64,000 nt of DNA from Lytechinus pictus (Eukaryota): contig NC_087245.1 in assembly GCF_037042905.1 (NCBI RefSeq), positions 12,650,001 through 12,714,000 on the forward strand. Direction: 5' to 3'. The notes beneath the pieces were generated by a model. That model was not told the DNA's origin and did not search any database. It saw only the letters and a program-made list of their open reading frames with translations. Within the stretch, counting starts at the first letter, position 1. Every line of letters begins with the position of its first letter. Positions 13,879-26,023 of this stretch are shown here, in pieces. Both the position numbers and the translations under genes were made by a program.

Positions 13879-14973
13879 GTGAGGTCCTACATGTACTTTT
13901 ACATTGTAGTTTATGAAATTTCCAAAGAACTTCATTTTGAGTCTAATATGGCATTGCATGAATTAAATTTTACTTCAAAGTGATTAAAAATGGATTTGCT
14001 ATAGCCTATAGGCCTAATTGTTTCAATGCTGAAAGTGTTTTTGTGATCAGTAAAGACTTTTTATTAATAGTCCTATTATATTAATAAAGTTGATCTGAAT
14101 TATCTCCATTTGCAATTTTTGTCATCAAGAATGCATTTTTGATTTCCATTTTAATTTAGGAATGGTTTAATATGAATGTTTGGAAGTAAACTTATTCTCT
14201 GGATATACTGTACATGTATCACATACAATAAGCAACATTGAAAAATGGAAATGTTTTTTCTTACTTTCCAGTGCAATTCACACAGTCCATTGTTAACTTT
14301 GTATCAAATAACACCACATTCCATTAATACACGTCCCTGAACCAGTATCTAATGTATCGCACAAAGTTTGACTCTGAGAATGTAATTTGATTTCTCCATC
14401 TGAAGGTGTCTCATGGGCAATGTAATTTCTGATCAATTTCTGTTTCCATAGCAACTTGCAATATAGTGCCTCTAATGAGATTACTTTCTCTTCCATAGTC
14501 AGTGGGTATTATATAGGAAATTTAGAATGCTCTTGCAATAAAATGGTTGATAGTGATACATGAAGATATCAATCACCTTGAACATTTCTATATACAGTGT
14601 TTAAACCACCTCGAGTCAAATTTTAAATGCCGAACACTTCATTCTAGTAGGTTTTTCTCAGACCTTTACTTGACATCAGACCTTGTAGATGGGCCGAGGT
14701 TTTATTTTATTTTTTAAAGTACAGAACAAAGAATAGTCCAAGCATTAGTGAGTTACAATGGAATTTTCTTTGTGTCCCTAATCTACTGTTTGCGGACTCA
14801 AAGTATTTACATATTTGTATTGAGTCTGACTTGACCATTGTCATTCCTGGACATAAACAGTGCATTTTACTGTGCATAAAGCAGTATGTACCAAACAAGT
14901 GTTCCGTACAAAATGAATAAAAAATATGTTTGATTTTCGTTGATTAGATGTGGAGATTAAATATTCTTACTTT

Positions 14974-15127
14974 ATACCTCATTCACATTTCTCCTACGGT
15001 TAGTCGAAAACAGCCATTTAACATTTTTTTGTACCAGCTACATATACATGTACATGTAGGTGGTTTGAATAAAAATGAATAAAATTGCTGTTTTCGACTA
15101 GCCGTAGGAGAAATGTGAATGAGGTAT
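14974..15127. mobile_element. Short palindromic MITE family; other copies at about 46756-46940 and about 47150-47310
   Basis: atacctcattcacatttctcctacgg..gtcgaaaacag / ctgttttcgac..ccgtaggagaaatgtgaatgaggtat. Confidence 0.85.
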
Positions 15128-15302
15128 TACAGTCCAATATAATATTTTTTTCTGTTTCTTTTTATACCAATAATACCAATATATACACTTTGTTTTGAAG
15201 TTGAGCCCAGTAAGTCTTTTCACAGAACTTTGTAAACTGTGCATGAGCAGTAAGGTCATTTGAGATAAACCTTGTGGGTGGATTTCAAATTCACTGACAT
15301 AA

Positions 15303-15519
15303 GGGGTGTTGCAAGAAAATATTTGCAATCAATTGCAAATATTCTGTTGCAATTTTACAACTGATGGATCAATTTTAGATGTAGCAAATCAGATTAAGCT
15401 TCTTGTTTCAATTAGCATATTAGCATCAATCACTAATTTGCAATTAACTATGAGACATATGATTGATTTAGAGACCCAAAATAAACTTGCAATTGATCGC
15501 AAGTTTCTTGCAACACCCC
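15303..15519. mobile_element. Short MITE
   Basis: TIRs ggggtgttgcaagaaa / tttcttgcaacacccc. Confidence 0.75.
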
Positions 15520-15899
15520 ATAGACATATGTGATTTGATGATTATTCATGTATTCCTTTTAAAATATTCTTTCATCATGTTCGGAGTATTTGTTGAATAA
15601 CTTGAATTGCCGTCATAACTTTTGAAAGTTTATGGATCTATTTCGTGAAACATGCACGAAGGGTAATCAGTTCACTGATTGTCTTGACAAGTCTTGATGA
15701 TCAAGGTCAAAGGTAATTTAGGGTCAATGAACATAGTATTTTATTATATGAATGGTGTTTTTTGTGAATAGTTGTTGTTTTCAAAGTTAGCACTGCTGCT
15801 ATTTTGAATCGCGTAATTAATGCAAGCAAGACTGCCAGAGGCATTCCACTTACTACAACATATTTAAGATTTTTAATACTGCTTGTGTTTCTTTTACAG

Positions 15900-16038
15900 T
15901 AAAAAGGCAGTTCAGGATGTGCTGGCAACCAAGAGGATCTGCATTCTAGATATTGATGTGCAAGGGGTGAAAAGTATTAAGGAAACAGACCTAAAACCAA
16001 TCTATATCTTTGTCAAGCCACCAAGCATTGAGGTCTTG
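15900..16038 (+). CDS. GUK1: Guanylate kinase coding exon 4
   Basis: tacag|...|gtaagc, 139 nt. Encodes [46 protein letters not shown]. Confidence 0.96.
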
Positions 16039-16591
16039 GTAAGCAGGGCCCTGTTGCATAAAAGTTACTATTATGGTAACTCTCCTGAAATCCTTGATTT
16101 TTATTGGCTGCTGTGCATTGTTACCATAGATTCCATTGGATGGCAAAGTTACCATAATATTAACTTTTATGCAATGGGGCCCAGATCCTTTATAATGATT
16201 AACAAACAGTGAATCGAAAAGGGGACGGATGGACACTTGGATGGATGATTTGATGATTTGATGGATGGGTAAAAGTTTTAATTGATCAATAGATTAATGG
16301 AGTTAATGAATGAGTAAATGAATGGATTAATAATGGAATGAAAGAATAAATGAATGGATGAATTAAATTAGTGAAAGGATAAATTGAATGATATATGAAT
16401 CAGTGAAATACCAGTTTAAAAATCATGCTTGATTGAGTTAAGTTGTAATTGATATCATTTATAACTTACGAATTGATCCTAACTTATCTCTGTTTAATAC
16501 TATGTAAAATGTTGTGTTTATGGCTGGATTGTTCAGAAATCATAGTCTCTATTTATAATAGCAAAGTGAAAGAAGATGGTTGAGCGTTTAA

Positions 16592-17493
16592 AGGGATCCT
16601 CAGGGCTGAAAATATTTATATCTAAATAAATAGAGTAAAATTCACAGATCAAAATGCTGAAAGTTTCAACAAAATCTGATCACAAATAGCAAAGTTATTG
16701 AATTTTAAAGTTTAACAACATTTTGTGAAAACAGTTACATGTATAAAGTATGCACGTTGTCATGAATATTCATTAGATGGGCTGATGATGTCACATCCCC
16801 ACTTTCCTTTTTCTTTTGTTATTACATGAAATCATAGTTGTTTCATTTTCCATATATTTGTGAACGATATAATGTCTCCCTTGTAATGAAATAAGTTGCA
16901 GCAATGAATATTGAATGCACTTAATGTGGAGCGTTGTGGCCCAGTGGGTTAGTCTTCTGACTTTGAAACAGAGGGTCGTGGGTTCGAATCCAGCCATGGC
17001 GTAATTTCCTTTAGCAAGAAATTCATCCACATTGTGCTGCACTCAACCCAGGCGAGGTGAATGGGTACCTGGCAGGAATTTATTCCTTGAAATGCCACCG
17101 CGCTGTAAAAGGCTGCGAGGCTAAAGCCAGGGTAATAATATCCAAGTCCTTTGGAAGCGCATAGGAACGTTATGACATAATGTGATATGCGCTATACAAG
17201 AACTGCGTTATTATTATTATTATTAATCAGTTTTTATTCCAATATGTTTGGTTTTTAAAGGAAAAAAATTGAATAAACCTAATTTCATATAATAAGATAC
17301 AAAAGAACAAGTGGGGATATGACATCATCATTTTGTTCATTGAATATTCATGAAGACATGCCTAGAACTGTTTCACCGGAATAATGCAAATCTTTAAAAT
17401 GCCATAAATTCGCTATTTGTTATCAGATTTTGATGAAATTTCCAGCATTTTGCTCTGTGAATATTACTCTTTTTATTTCGATACAGCATCCCT
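16592..17493. mobile_element. Kolobok-like MITE interrupted by a SINE
   Basis: ttaa|agggat ... atccct|taa. Internal inverted homology (aaaatgctgaaagtttcaacaaaatctgat / atcagattttgatgaaatttccagcatttt) and similarity to the 12073 family. Confidence 0.7.
16926..17224 (+). mobile_element. Full-length tRNA-derived SINE
   Basis: A-box tggcccagtgg, B-box ggttcgaatcc, central ..acccaggcgaggtgaatgggtacc.., L2-like tail aagcgc..gcgctatacaag and (TTA)n. Related 3' fragment at about 29740-29875. Confidence 0.9.
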
Positions 17494-17729
17494 TAAAAAA
17501 ATATCTTCCTAAAGTACTTTGTTTTTTAGATAGGATCACCCTGAGGATCACAAGCACATTTTACCCATTCTGGGGCATTTATGGGATGCATGTAACTAAC
17601 ACTTTGTTAGGATAAAGAATGCAAGTTTTCAAAATTTCACTTGCCCGTCCTCTTGTTCAGGGTGTAACTCTCTTGTAAATATATCATTTAATTTTAAGTA
17701 TTATTTCTTTCTTCCTTTCTTAATTTTAG

Positions 17730-17814
17730 GAGGAGAGGCTTAGAGGCAGAAAAACAGATTCCGAAGAAGCCATTCAAAAGAGATTAGCTACTGCAATAAA
17801 AGAATTGGAGTACA
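17730..17814 (+). CDS. GUK1: Guanylate kinase coding exon 5 (LID domain)
   Basis: tttag|...|gtaagt, 85 nt. Encodes EERLRGRKTDSEEAIQKRLATAIKELEY and ends in phase 1. Confidence 0.96.
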
Positions 17815-18438
17815 GTAAGTTTTTCTTTTAATAGTTCTATGGTTTTGATTTATTTCTTTATGCATTGGGTTTTTTATGGCAGAAATTTAGGAACTAAATG
17901 CATTTTCTGGCAGTGAAAGGAAATGGTAAATTTTTAAAAGACTTGGATCATTCATTTTCTACAAAGAAAATTGTATTCAAGAAAGAAATAAAGATGTTGC
18001 ATTGCCAATTTAATGATTCTAGAAATAATTCTTATTCAAACATTCTCTTACTCTGATGAAGATGTATTAATGCAGTAAAATAGGCACAGTATGTGCATTT
18101 TAAAAACTATTTTCTCTGATGTATTTTTATGATATTTTAGATTTCAAGATATTTTTTGACCAAACCACACAATGTGGTCACTTTGTAGTTCAACTTGTTA
18201 AACCTGCTAAAGGTGCACATTAACAAAATGATATACAACTTGCTAATTGCATGTTTTAATGTGTCCTGATAATTCACTCAAAGAGATAAGATATGAGTGT
18301 TCCTTAAGAATGTCAGAATTTGATATTGCACTATATTAACAATGAAAGGGATTTATCTTGATGCATTTATATATATATGCATGTGTCACGTTGCCGCTGT
18401 AATACTTATATCACATTTACACTTTCATCATCTGAAGG

Positions 18439-19623
18439 TTTTTTGTCTCGCCTGCATAGCAGAGCGAGACTATAGGTGCCGCTTTTCCGACGGCGGCGGC
18501 GTCAACATCAAATCTTAACCTAAGGTTAAGTTTTTGAAATGACATCATAACTTAGAAAGTATATGGACCTAGTTCATCAAACTTGGACATAAGGTTAATC
18601 AAGTATTACTGAAAATCCTGCCTGAGTTTCAGGTCACATGACCAAGGTCAAAGGTCATTTAGGGTCAATGAACTTTGACCATGTTGGGAGAATTATTTTC
18701 AAAATCTTAACCGAAGGTTAAGTTTTTGAAATGACATTATAACTTAATGTGGACCTAGTTCATGTAACTTGGTCATAAGGTTAATCAAGTATTAGTGAAC
18801 ATCCTGCTCGAGTTTCAGGTCACGTGACCAAGGTCAAAGGTCATTTAGGGTCAATAAACTTTGGTCAAGTTGGGAGTATTTGTTGAATTACTATCATAAC
18901 TTTGAAAATTTATGGATCTAGTTCATGAAACTTGGACATAAGGTTAATCAAGTATTAGCGAACATCATGTGCGAGTTTCAGGTCACATGACTATGGTCAA
19001 TGGTCATTTAAGGTCAATGAACTTTGGCCGTGTTGGGGGTATTTGTTAAATTACCATCCTAACTCTGAAAGTTTACGGATTTAGTTCTTAAGACTTGGAC
19101 ATAAGAGTAATCAAGTATTACTGAACATCCTGTACGAGTTTCAGATCACATGACCATGGTCAAAGGTCATTAAAGGTCAATGAACTTTGGCCGTGTTGGG
19201 GGTATTTGTTAAATTACCATCCTACATGTAACTGAAAGTTTATGGATCTAGTTCATCAAACTTGGGATATAAGAGTAATCAAGTATCACTGAACATCCCC
19301 TGTGAGTTTCAGGTCACAAAACCAAGGTCAAAGGTCAGTTAAGGTCAATAAACTTAGGCCATGTTGGGGTAATTGTTGAATTGCCATCATAACTTTGAAA
19401 GTTTATAGATAGTCATAGAGTGAATGAAATGTGGACATGGATGTAGTTGACAAGTCTTAAGTCACCGTTCAAATGTCATTTATGGTCAATGAACGTGGTA
19501 TTATGTCATTATATGAATGGTGTTTTTGTGAATGATTATTTTATAGTTTTTTTCAAAGTTAGCACTGCTGCTATATTAAATCGCGTAATGCAGGCGAGAC
19601 TGCCAGAGGTGTTCCACTTGTTT
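18439..19623 (+). mobile_element. Helentron-associated non-autonomous element (HINE/DINE-like), copy in GUK1 intron 5
   Basis: T-run insertion, 5' subterminal repeat tctcgcctgcat, (GGC)n microsatellite, tandem cores of about 120-180 bp (gaccaaggtcaaaggtca), and 3' atgcaggcgaga followed by a short terminal segment. Fragments at about 15580-15853 and about 8355-8640. Confidence 0.8.
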
Positions 19624-20390
19624 AATTTAATATGCACTTTGCTTTCATCCCTCAGTGTGTGTATACTGTGGTGCATTCATCTAAATTATGCATGGCTATT
19701 CTTTTGCTCGTTTTATTCACTGTACTGTGTGAAGCCATACATATATATGATAATGCATTTTTAAGCATTTCAATCTTCACCATATTCCTATATCAAGAAA
19801 GGGATTTTTTCGAGTAATTAAAATCTGCAGGGGTTATTAAGAAGTAGTAATAGATACATTAGGTGCATTTTGTATCTAAACTTTAAAAGAAACGCAAGAA
19901 CGCTGTAGAGAGTATTCGACTTAGTTGAAATTAGTATGTTCGAAAGAAAAAAAATACAATTTTTTTTTTAGATGAGTTATTATTTCTGTTGCATTAAAAT
20001 ATTTTTTTGTGGAGGGGGGGGGGGGGGTGTTCCAATCATAACATAAAGCCACCAGGGGTATTATTTGATTATTTTCAATTAGAAATGCAGCGGGTGTATC
20101 AGAACAAAATTCTATTGTAAGGAGCTATTTCTCACATGTTCATTCAAAATTTCCTTTTGAATTGAACCAAATGGAAATTGACTGTATTAGGTATATCTGA
20201 AAAATAAAAGAAAAGGTTCTGGTGGAATACTGCAGTCTTGATCTACCTTTTCAGTCATTCAGTTGTATATTTTATATAAGAAAGACAATTTAAAATGCCA
20301 CTATTGATATTTTTAGGCTTTTTGCCTTAATACAAGGATCTGGTTATTTTGACATGATTATGTGATTTGGTTTGTCTTACATGCTTACAG

Positions 20391-20512
20391 TTGACAAGCA
20401 AGAGCCTGCTGAAGGGAGTATATATTTCATCGTGAATGATATATTTGAAAGAGCATACTCTCAACTTAGTCTAATCTTACAAGATGAGATAAACAGACTC
20501 AAGGCAGGATAA
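20391..20512 (+). CDS. GUK1: Guanylate kinase alternative last coding exon 6a (200-aa isoform)
   Basis: cttacag acceptor, in frame with exon 5. Encodes (I)DKQEPAEGSIYFIVNDIFERAYSQLSLILQDEINRLKAG*, which has the GK C-terminal I/V-N-D-x4-AY-x2-L motif. Confidence 0.78.
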
Positions 20513-22243
20513 AAAAATTCTATGTTTATTTTGAAATTTGAAACGTCTTTCAAATATTCAATTGCATTAACCTTTGTTAATTTAATTGTCAATGGCATAT
20601 CATGAATGGTTTATTTGACTGGGTTGAGGTAACTAATTCAAACTGATGATTCTTGTTTTAATTTTTCATGGTTATCAGAGATAAACAGTCAATGTTATTA
20701 ACAAATACATTTTACATCTAGATTTTTATTAGTATATTATTTGAAATAGTTGGTGAATAACTGGTGAATTGGTATAGTTACAGGTAACTACTAAAAGTTG
20801 CTGATTGTTGTGTTTAATCTTCATGTTTGAGATAACATCAGTAGTGCACAAACTTTTTTTTTCAAGATTATTGCTTTTACAAAATTTGCATCATGGGTCA
20901 TCTGCACATAAAAGGAAACCTTATTTTTAACCTAACATTAAACCCTACACTTACCCTTACTCTAATCACATTATTCAAAACCCAACCACAACTCTTACTG
21001 TTGGTCCCTTTACTCCAGAGAAAAGGTAGAGCAAAATCAAAGCAAAGATTGGGTTTCCTACCAGGTCCCTTGAACATGAAAGATACAATTGATTATTACA
21101 CACAACTTTCAGTCTATGGAATACTATGAACGAAAAAGATATAGTCAATCTGAAATACATGTATTGATTGTATCACTGTTTCGGGGGCCTGTAGGTAAAT
21201 TGATACAAACCCACCTCTCTCTTCATCATGGCTTGTGTTTTTGTGTTCACTAAACACCTTTTGAGTTGATGACTAACTTTCCTCTGCTTACATGTATACT
21301 GAGAAAAAATACATGGGGGGGGGGGGGGGGGGGGGGGGAGGTGCGCCTCATCCTCAAAGTGTAAAATGGCATGGGTAGTTGCAAACATAACCCATGTTCT
21401 ACCGCCCCCCCCCCCTCGCTCAAAACTGTTTTCCTGTGTAATAGGTATAAATGAGAAGAGGAAAAAAATGAAAATATCTGAAATATTCATTTTTGACACA
21501 AAAAATACCCTTTGTTTGTGTTTGTGATTTTTTTTTTTTTTTTTTGGGGGGGGGGAATGTTGGGTATGGAAACTAACATTACAACTTTTGTCAGAAAAAG
21601 TTTAGATCTACTGAAATTGAGCAAATGGGTAATTGTTGTGATGTGTAAAAATGTGGGTGCTTGATTGTCAGGGTTGTGGGAAGTTCTGTGACATATCTTT
21701 TCTATATTAATATGTTTGTTTTATATTCTATTAATGGTAATTTTCTTGTTTAACAAAATGTACAATTGCTGTTGGAGGGAGGGGGGTATTTGATTTATTG
21801 AGGATCAATTATTTCTTTCCAGAAAGAGGCCAACATTTGCAAAAATTTGTATAGAGGCTAAAAATAATATAGGATGATGAAATACATGCAGAAGAGGAAA
21901 ATCACTGAATTGATTTGTTAGTATTAAACATAGGATTATATAAAACCACAGATCTGCCTCATAGAAAACTGGATGGTCATTACATGTCCTTCTAAGATAT
22001 GTCATCAATATCGATTAATCTCTGAATAATAAGTAAAATGTTCAGCCAAAGAAATCTTGAAGTCTGGGGACTGTTTCATGAAACTGATTTTCACTGACAA
22101 ATTTGCTGTTATCCAATCAGATATATGGATTTTAGTAGCTTATAACAAAAATGAAAATAACTGACTTTTTAAAAATTAAATTGGCCCAGATAGATGCTCT
22201 TAACATATTTAATCCTTGTTTTTGTCTTTGTTTTTATTTATAG

Positions 22244-22377
22244 TCGATGAAGAGACATCCGCAAACGCAACCTTCCTTGTAGTCAATGATGACAGAGAGG
22301 TAGCCTATGAAAAGATCAAGGGAATCCTAAGTACCGATATTGTCAAACTTAAAGATATCAGATTCAAAGCAAAGTGA
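22244..22377 (+). CDS. GUK1: Guanylate kinase alternative last coding exon 6b (204-aa isoform)
   Basis: Long pyrimidine tract and tatag acceptor, in frame with exon 5. Encodes (I)DEETSANATFLVVNDDREVAYEKIKGILSTDIVKLKDIRFKAK*. Confidence 0.88.
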
Positions 22378-23662
22378 CCCCCTCATTGTGTCATACCTCC
22401 AGATGAAATATCTTGCATTTCTTAAATTATAGATTGAATTATTTATGTTATCTTAGTGTAAGGTACATATATGTTTTATCGTCTTTAAAAAGATAAAATC
22501 TGCATATTTTAATGCATTACAATACATGTATATCCACCTGTCTTGAAATCGATATTTCATGAATATTTATTAATGATATTCCATACTTATTCAAATGCTT
22601 TAATATATTTTCTTGTCCCAACTCAATTGTGTCTATGATATCTCTTGTTAATTGAGACTGCCATATGTATGCTTCTCCCTGAAAAGTGCTTGTGATAGCT
22701 TTAAAAGCTTTAGCTGTTAGGGAATTATGCCTCTTCAGTTAACAAATTTATTGCATATTTACTTATTCATTTATGATGAATGATTCTGTATAATTTATGT
22801 TGAAAAATGATGCTTTGTAAATATGGAAGAAAATGAATGAATAGTAACTAGAAAGTGGGTATGATTGACTTGGATTGTGATTACATGCACCTCAGCAATG
22901 AAAGGCATGCATTGAATGGCAACTCAGTTAACAAGAAACATCATAGACACCAATAGATGTGGAAAAAATATTCAAGAATTATGACACGCTTATATCAATC
23001 CTGCTTCCAAAGATCATTTTATTGATAACAGTTTGACTTTGGATTTCAATATTGTCAGAATCTTGAATACAAGATATACCAAAAGCTTTAATCTCGTAAA
23101 GATTAATTGCTCTGCTAACTATTGATCCATCTAAAACCGGAAAGTTATGGAAGAAATGGTTATGGGATCTGATCGGATTGGTGAGATTTTGAGTACCAGC
23201 ATAATTGACTATGGCCTTATCATGATATAACCTTGTATCACATTTAAATTATTAATTTGCAATGCAACAAAATATTCATAAGCCTCCAGAATCAAATGAA
23301 GGAACAAATGAAGAATTGAAATGATACGAATTATATTATTTTTGAAATTGCTCATGCTGAGTTTATCTGCATCAAATTGTAAGATCTGCATTTATTTGCT
23401 ATGTGTATAGAAACCGTTATTCTATAACTCATTTGTAATAGAAATTTTTTTTTGAACCACTTTATGCATGTTCCAAGTGTATTTAAGCAGAAAGATTGCA
23501 ATTATCATGTGTCTCTGTATTGTGAATGTGTGATTCAAGAATATTCATGGCTTGATAAAAAAAATGTATGATGTAGTACTCTAAACAAAATTTTACTCAT
23601 GTAAATAAGATGTAGATTGTGTGTAATGTAAAAGGTTTATTGACATTGATTATTTCATGTCA

Positions 23663-23782
23663 GTTGAATTTAATGTTGAGCACATAAAAGATGGGGGAAA
23701 GATTGAATTTAATGTTGAGCACATAAAAGATGGGGGAAAGATTGAATTTAATGTTGAGCACATAAAAGATAGGGGAAAAGAT
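23663..23782. repeat. Minisatellite, 3 x 39 bp
   Basis: ttgaatttaatgttgagcacataaaagatgggggaaaga repeated three times. Confidence 0.95.
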
Positions 23783-25712
23783 TGTATTGTAAACACTTGG
23801 AAAAATAAGATGAAATCAGTTTCTGTTCGATTGAAAGGAGCAGCTGTATATTTTGTTCTAATGAAATATTTGGTTTGGCTGTACATGTATTTGTTTTTAT
23901 ATTTATATTGTTCTTGTTTGAGTATAAGTGACTATCAAAACATGTTTATGAGATTAAGAAACTCATTTGATTGTGAAATGGTCCTGAGAAGATGAATTGA
24001 TGTTTAAATGTTCAAACATATCAAACGATAGCTGAATTCAAATGTATTGTTATTATTTGTTCATGTATTGTCACATTTCTGTTCAAATATTGGAATATCA
24101 AGCACTTTTTGTAATCGAGATCACCTTTGCAAATTCAAACTTTTATATCTTGATAATTTAGTTTTATGTGAATTATTGTAGAGTAGACCTTCCATTGGAG
24201 ATTGAGTTTATATTAAAAAAAAATGAATTTAAATACATACCGGTACTTATTTTTAAGGGGAGCATTTAAATATGGTAAGAACTGACATAAAATAATGTAA
24301 GTTCTGTTCTGCTAGAAGCAATTCTATGAAGAGACGTTTAAACTATTCAAATGTATGGATTTTTCAAAGTTGTGAAAGTAGTTAGCATTTGATTTTGTGT
24401 CCAAAATCTTGTGTCCTCAATTGTTATTCTTTATGGATCATTGTTCAACGTGAAATACCCCGTAACTGTTTCATGATGGGAAATTATTTTCATTTTACAA
24501 CACTTATTTCCTTTGACTTTTTGTTTTAGATAATGAGTTGTCTGAAATCAGCCGCAAAAAACGTTTAAACCTAGTAAATTTTGTCATTTGATAATGAATT
24601 GTTTCTGTTCACAAGTTGACTTTCTATATAAAGCTCCATGATCCTCTCTAATTAAAGCAAGTTTTAAGGCCATATGCAAAGTATGACCTATTTACATTGT
24701 CAAAGTATAACGTTGCAAAAATTGAGATGAAACATTGGTATGTGAATTTCTAAATCATGTGGATTAATTTCAAACTGTTTGATAGGAGTATTAAGTTTAT
24801 CAGACATCAAATTTGAATAATTATTGCACTATCAGCAAGTGGGCTATGGTTGTTTTGTAAACTACAAGGTGTTTACCATGCAATTCCTGTTTTTTTTATA
24901 TTAATGTTCTTTAGCATTTCTTGTAGGACCAAATTATCATAGCTTAATTTGGCCTAGAATATTCCATGAAATGGAAACCCTGTATCAAGTTTCTGTCATT
25001 TGTGAATTGTATCAGAAGAGTTAATTTTTAATTTCTATCATTTTGCAAAATTATGAAAAGTGTGTATATATTGAATCTTGATTAGTAATGTGTCTAAATA
25101 ATAGTGTTGTGAGAAGCATTGGTGATATATGTTTTAAAGTTGTTTTTTTTAAGGAAGATGTTTTTTTCACTACAAGTAGATGAAATATATCAAAATATTA
25201 TGTAGAATTTTTGGTAATGGTAATTTCTGAACACAAAATTGAACATGGGTTCATTAGGATTAATGTTCTTGTCAAGAATGGAAGAGCAATTAGTCACTAT
25301 TCAATGAGTCTACTCTTTTGTTTAAAAGCACGGCATGATTAATTCATCACCTTGATTACAATGGCAATCATCATCTATTTTCATTATCAACATTTCCAAT
25401 TTAACCCATCAAGTACTCATATTTCATCCATGTAGATTATCAATTGGAATAACGTGAGAAGCATTTCATGAAACAAATACATGTAGTCAATATTTTACTG
25501 AAATCGTATGTTTAATGGATAAGGGCAATTTTTCAGTGAAAATTTTTACAACCAATTGTGCTGATTGTCATGAATTTTGCAGAGGGAAAGGACCATTTTC
25601 TGAAAAAATATTGTCTAAGAACTTGCGTCAAAGTTTAACTCACTTTATGGAAGACATCCATTCAGGTAAACAATGTGATAGTACTATTGTAAAAAAAAAA
25701 CCTGAATTTAAT

Positions 25713-26023
25713 GGACCATATTCCGAAGTCGGGTTTGATTCAAACTCTGGTTTTAAGTTGTGGTTTAACCATGGAAAGCCAGTTGTTACATAAATCTCTA
25801 ACAGTAGAGATTCAATATATCAGCTCATTTGACTCCCAAAACATTATGAACTCCCCGGGAAGGATAAGTATGACAGTTGTCTTCCCCACTGAATAATTAG
25901 TAAGGAGCACAGTATAAATGAGAAGCATTCACTGTAAACAAAATTTTAAAACGTTTGGCTTCCCATAATTTCAGCACAGAGTTAGACCATGGTCTAAGTT
26001 AAACCCAACTTCAGAACACGGGT
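25713..26023. mobile_element. Diverged MITE
   Basis: Imperfect TIRs ggaccatattccgaagtcgggtttga / taaacccaacttcagaacacgggt, with inner ccatgg symmetry. Confidence 0.6.

Noticed and set aside
16230..16410. GATG/GAAT-rich tract
   Set aside because: Degenerate microsatellite-like low-complexity intronic sequence.
16928..17000. Apparent tRNA gene with A and B boxes
   Set aside because: It continues into a SINE body and (TTA)n tail and interrupts a MITE, so it is a SINE head.
18560..19400. Regularly spaced gaccaaggtcaaaggtca repeats suggesting a CRISPR-like array
   Set aside because: The sequences between them are homologous to each other (tandem cores), the context is a eukaryotic intron, and there are no cas genes.
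19447..19764. ORF nearly identical to 33216-33401 (-)
   Set aside because: Both lie in the 3' end of HINE copies and have no protein-like features.
23657..23995. ORF with a 13-aa repeat
   Set aside because: It is the translation of a 39-bp minisatellite in AT-rich sequence downstream of GUK1.
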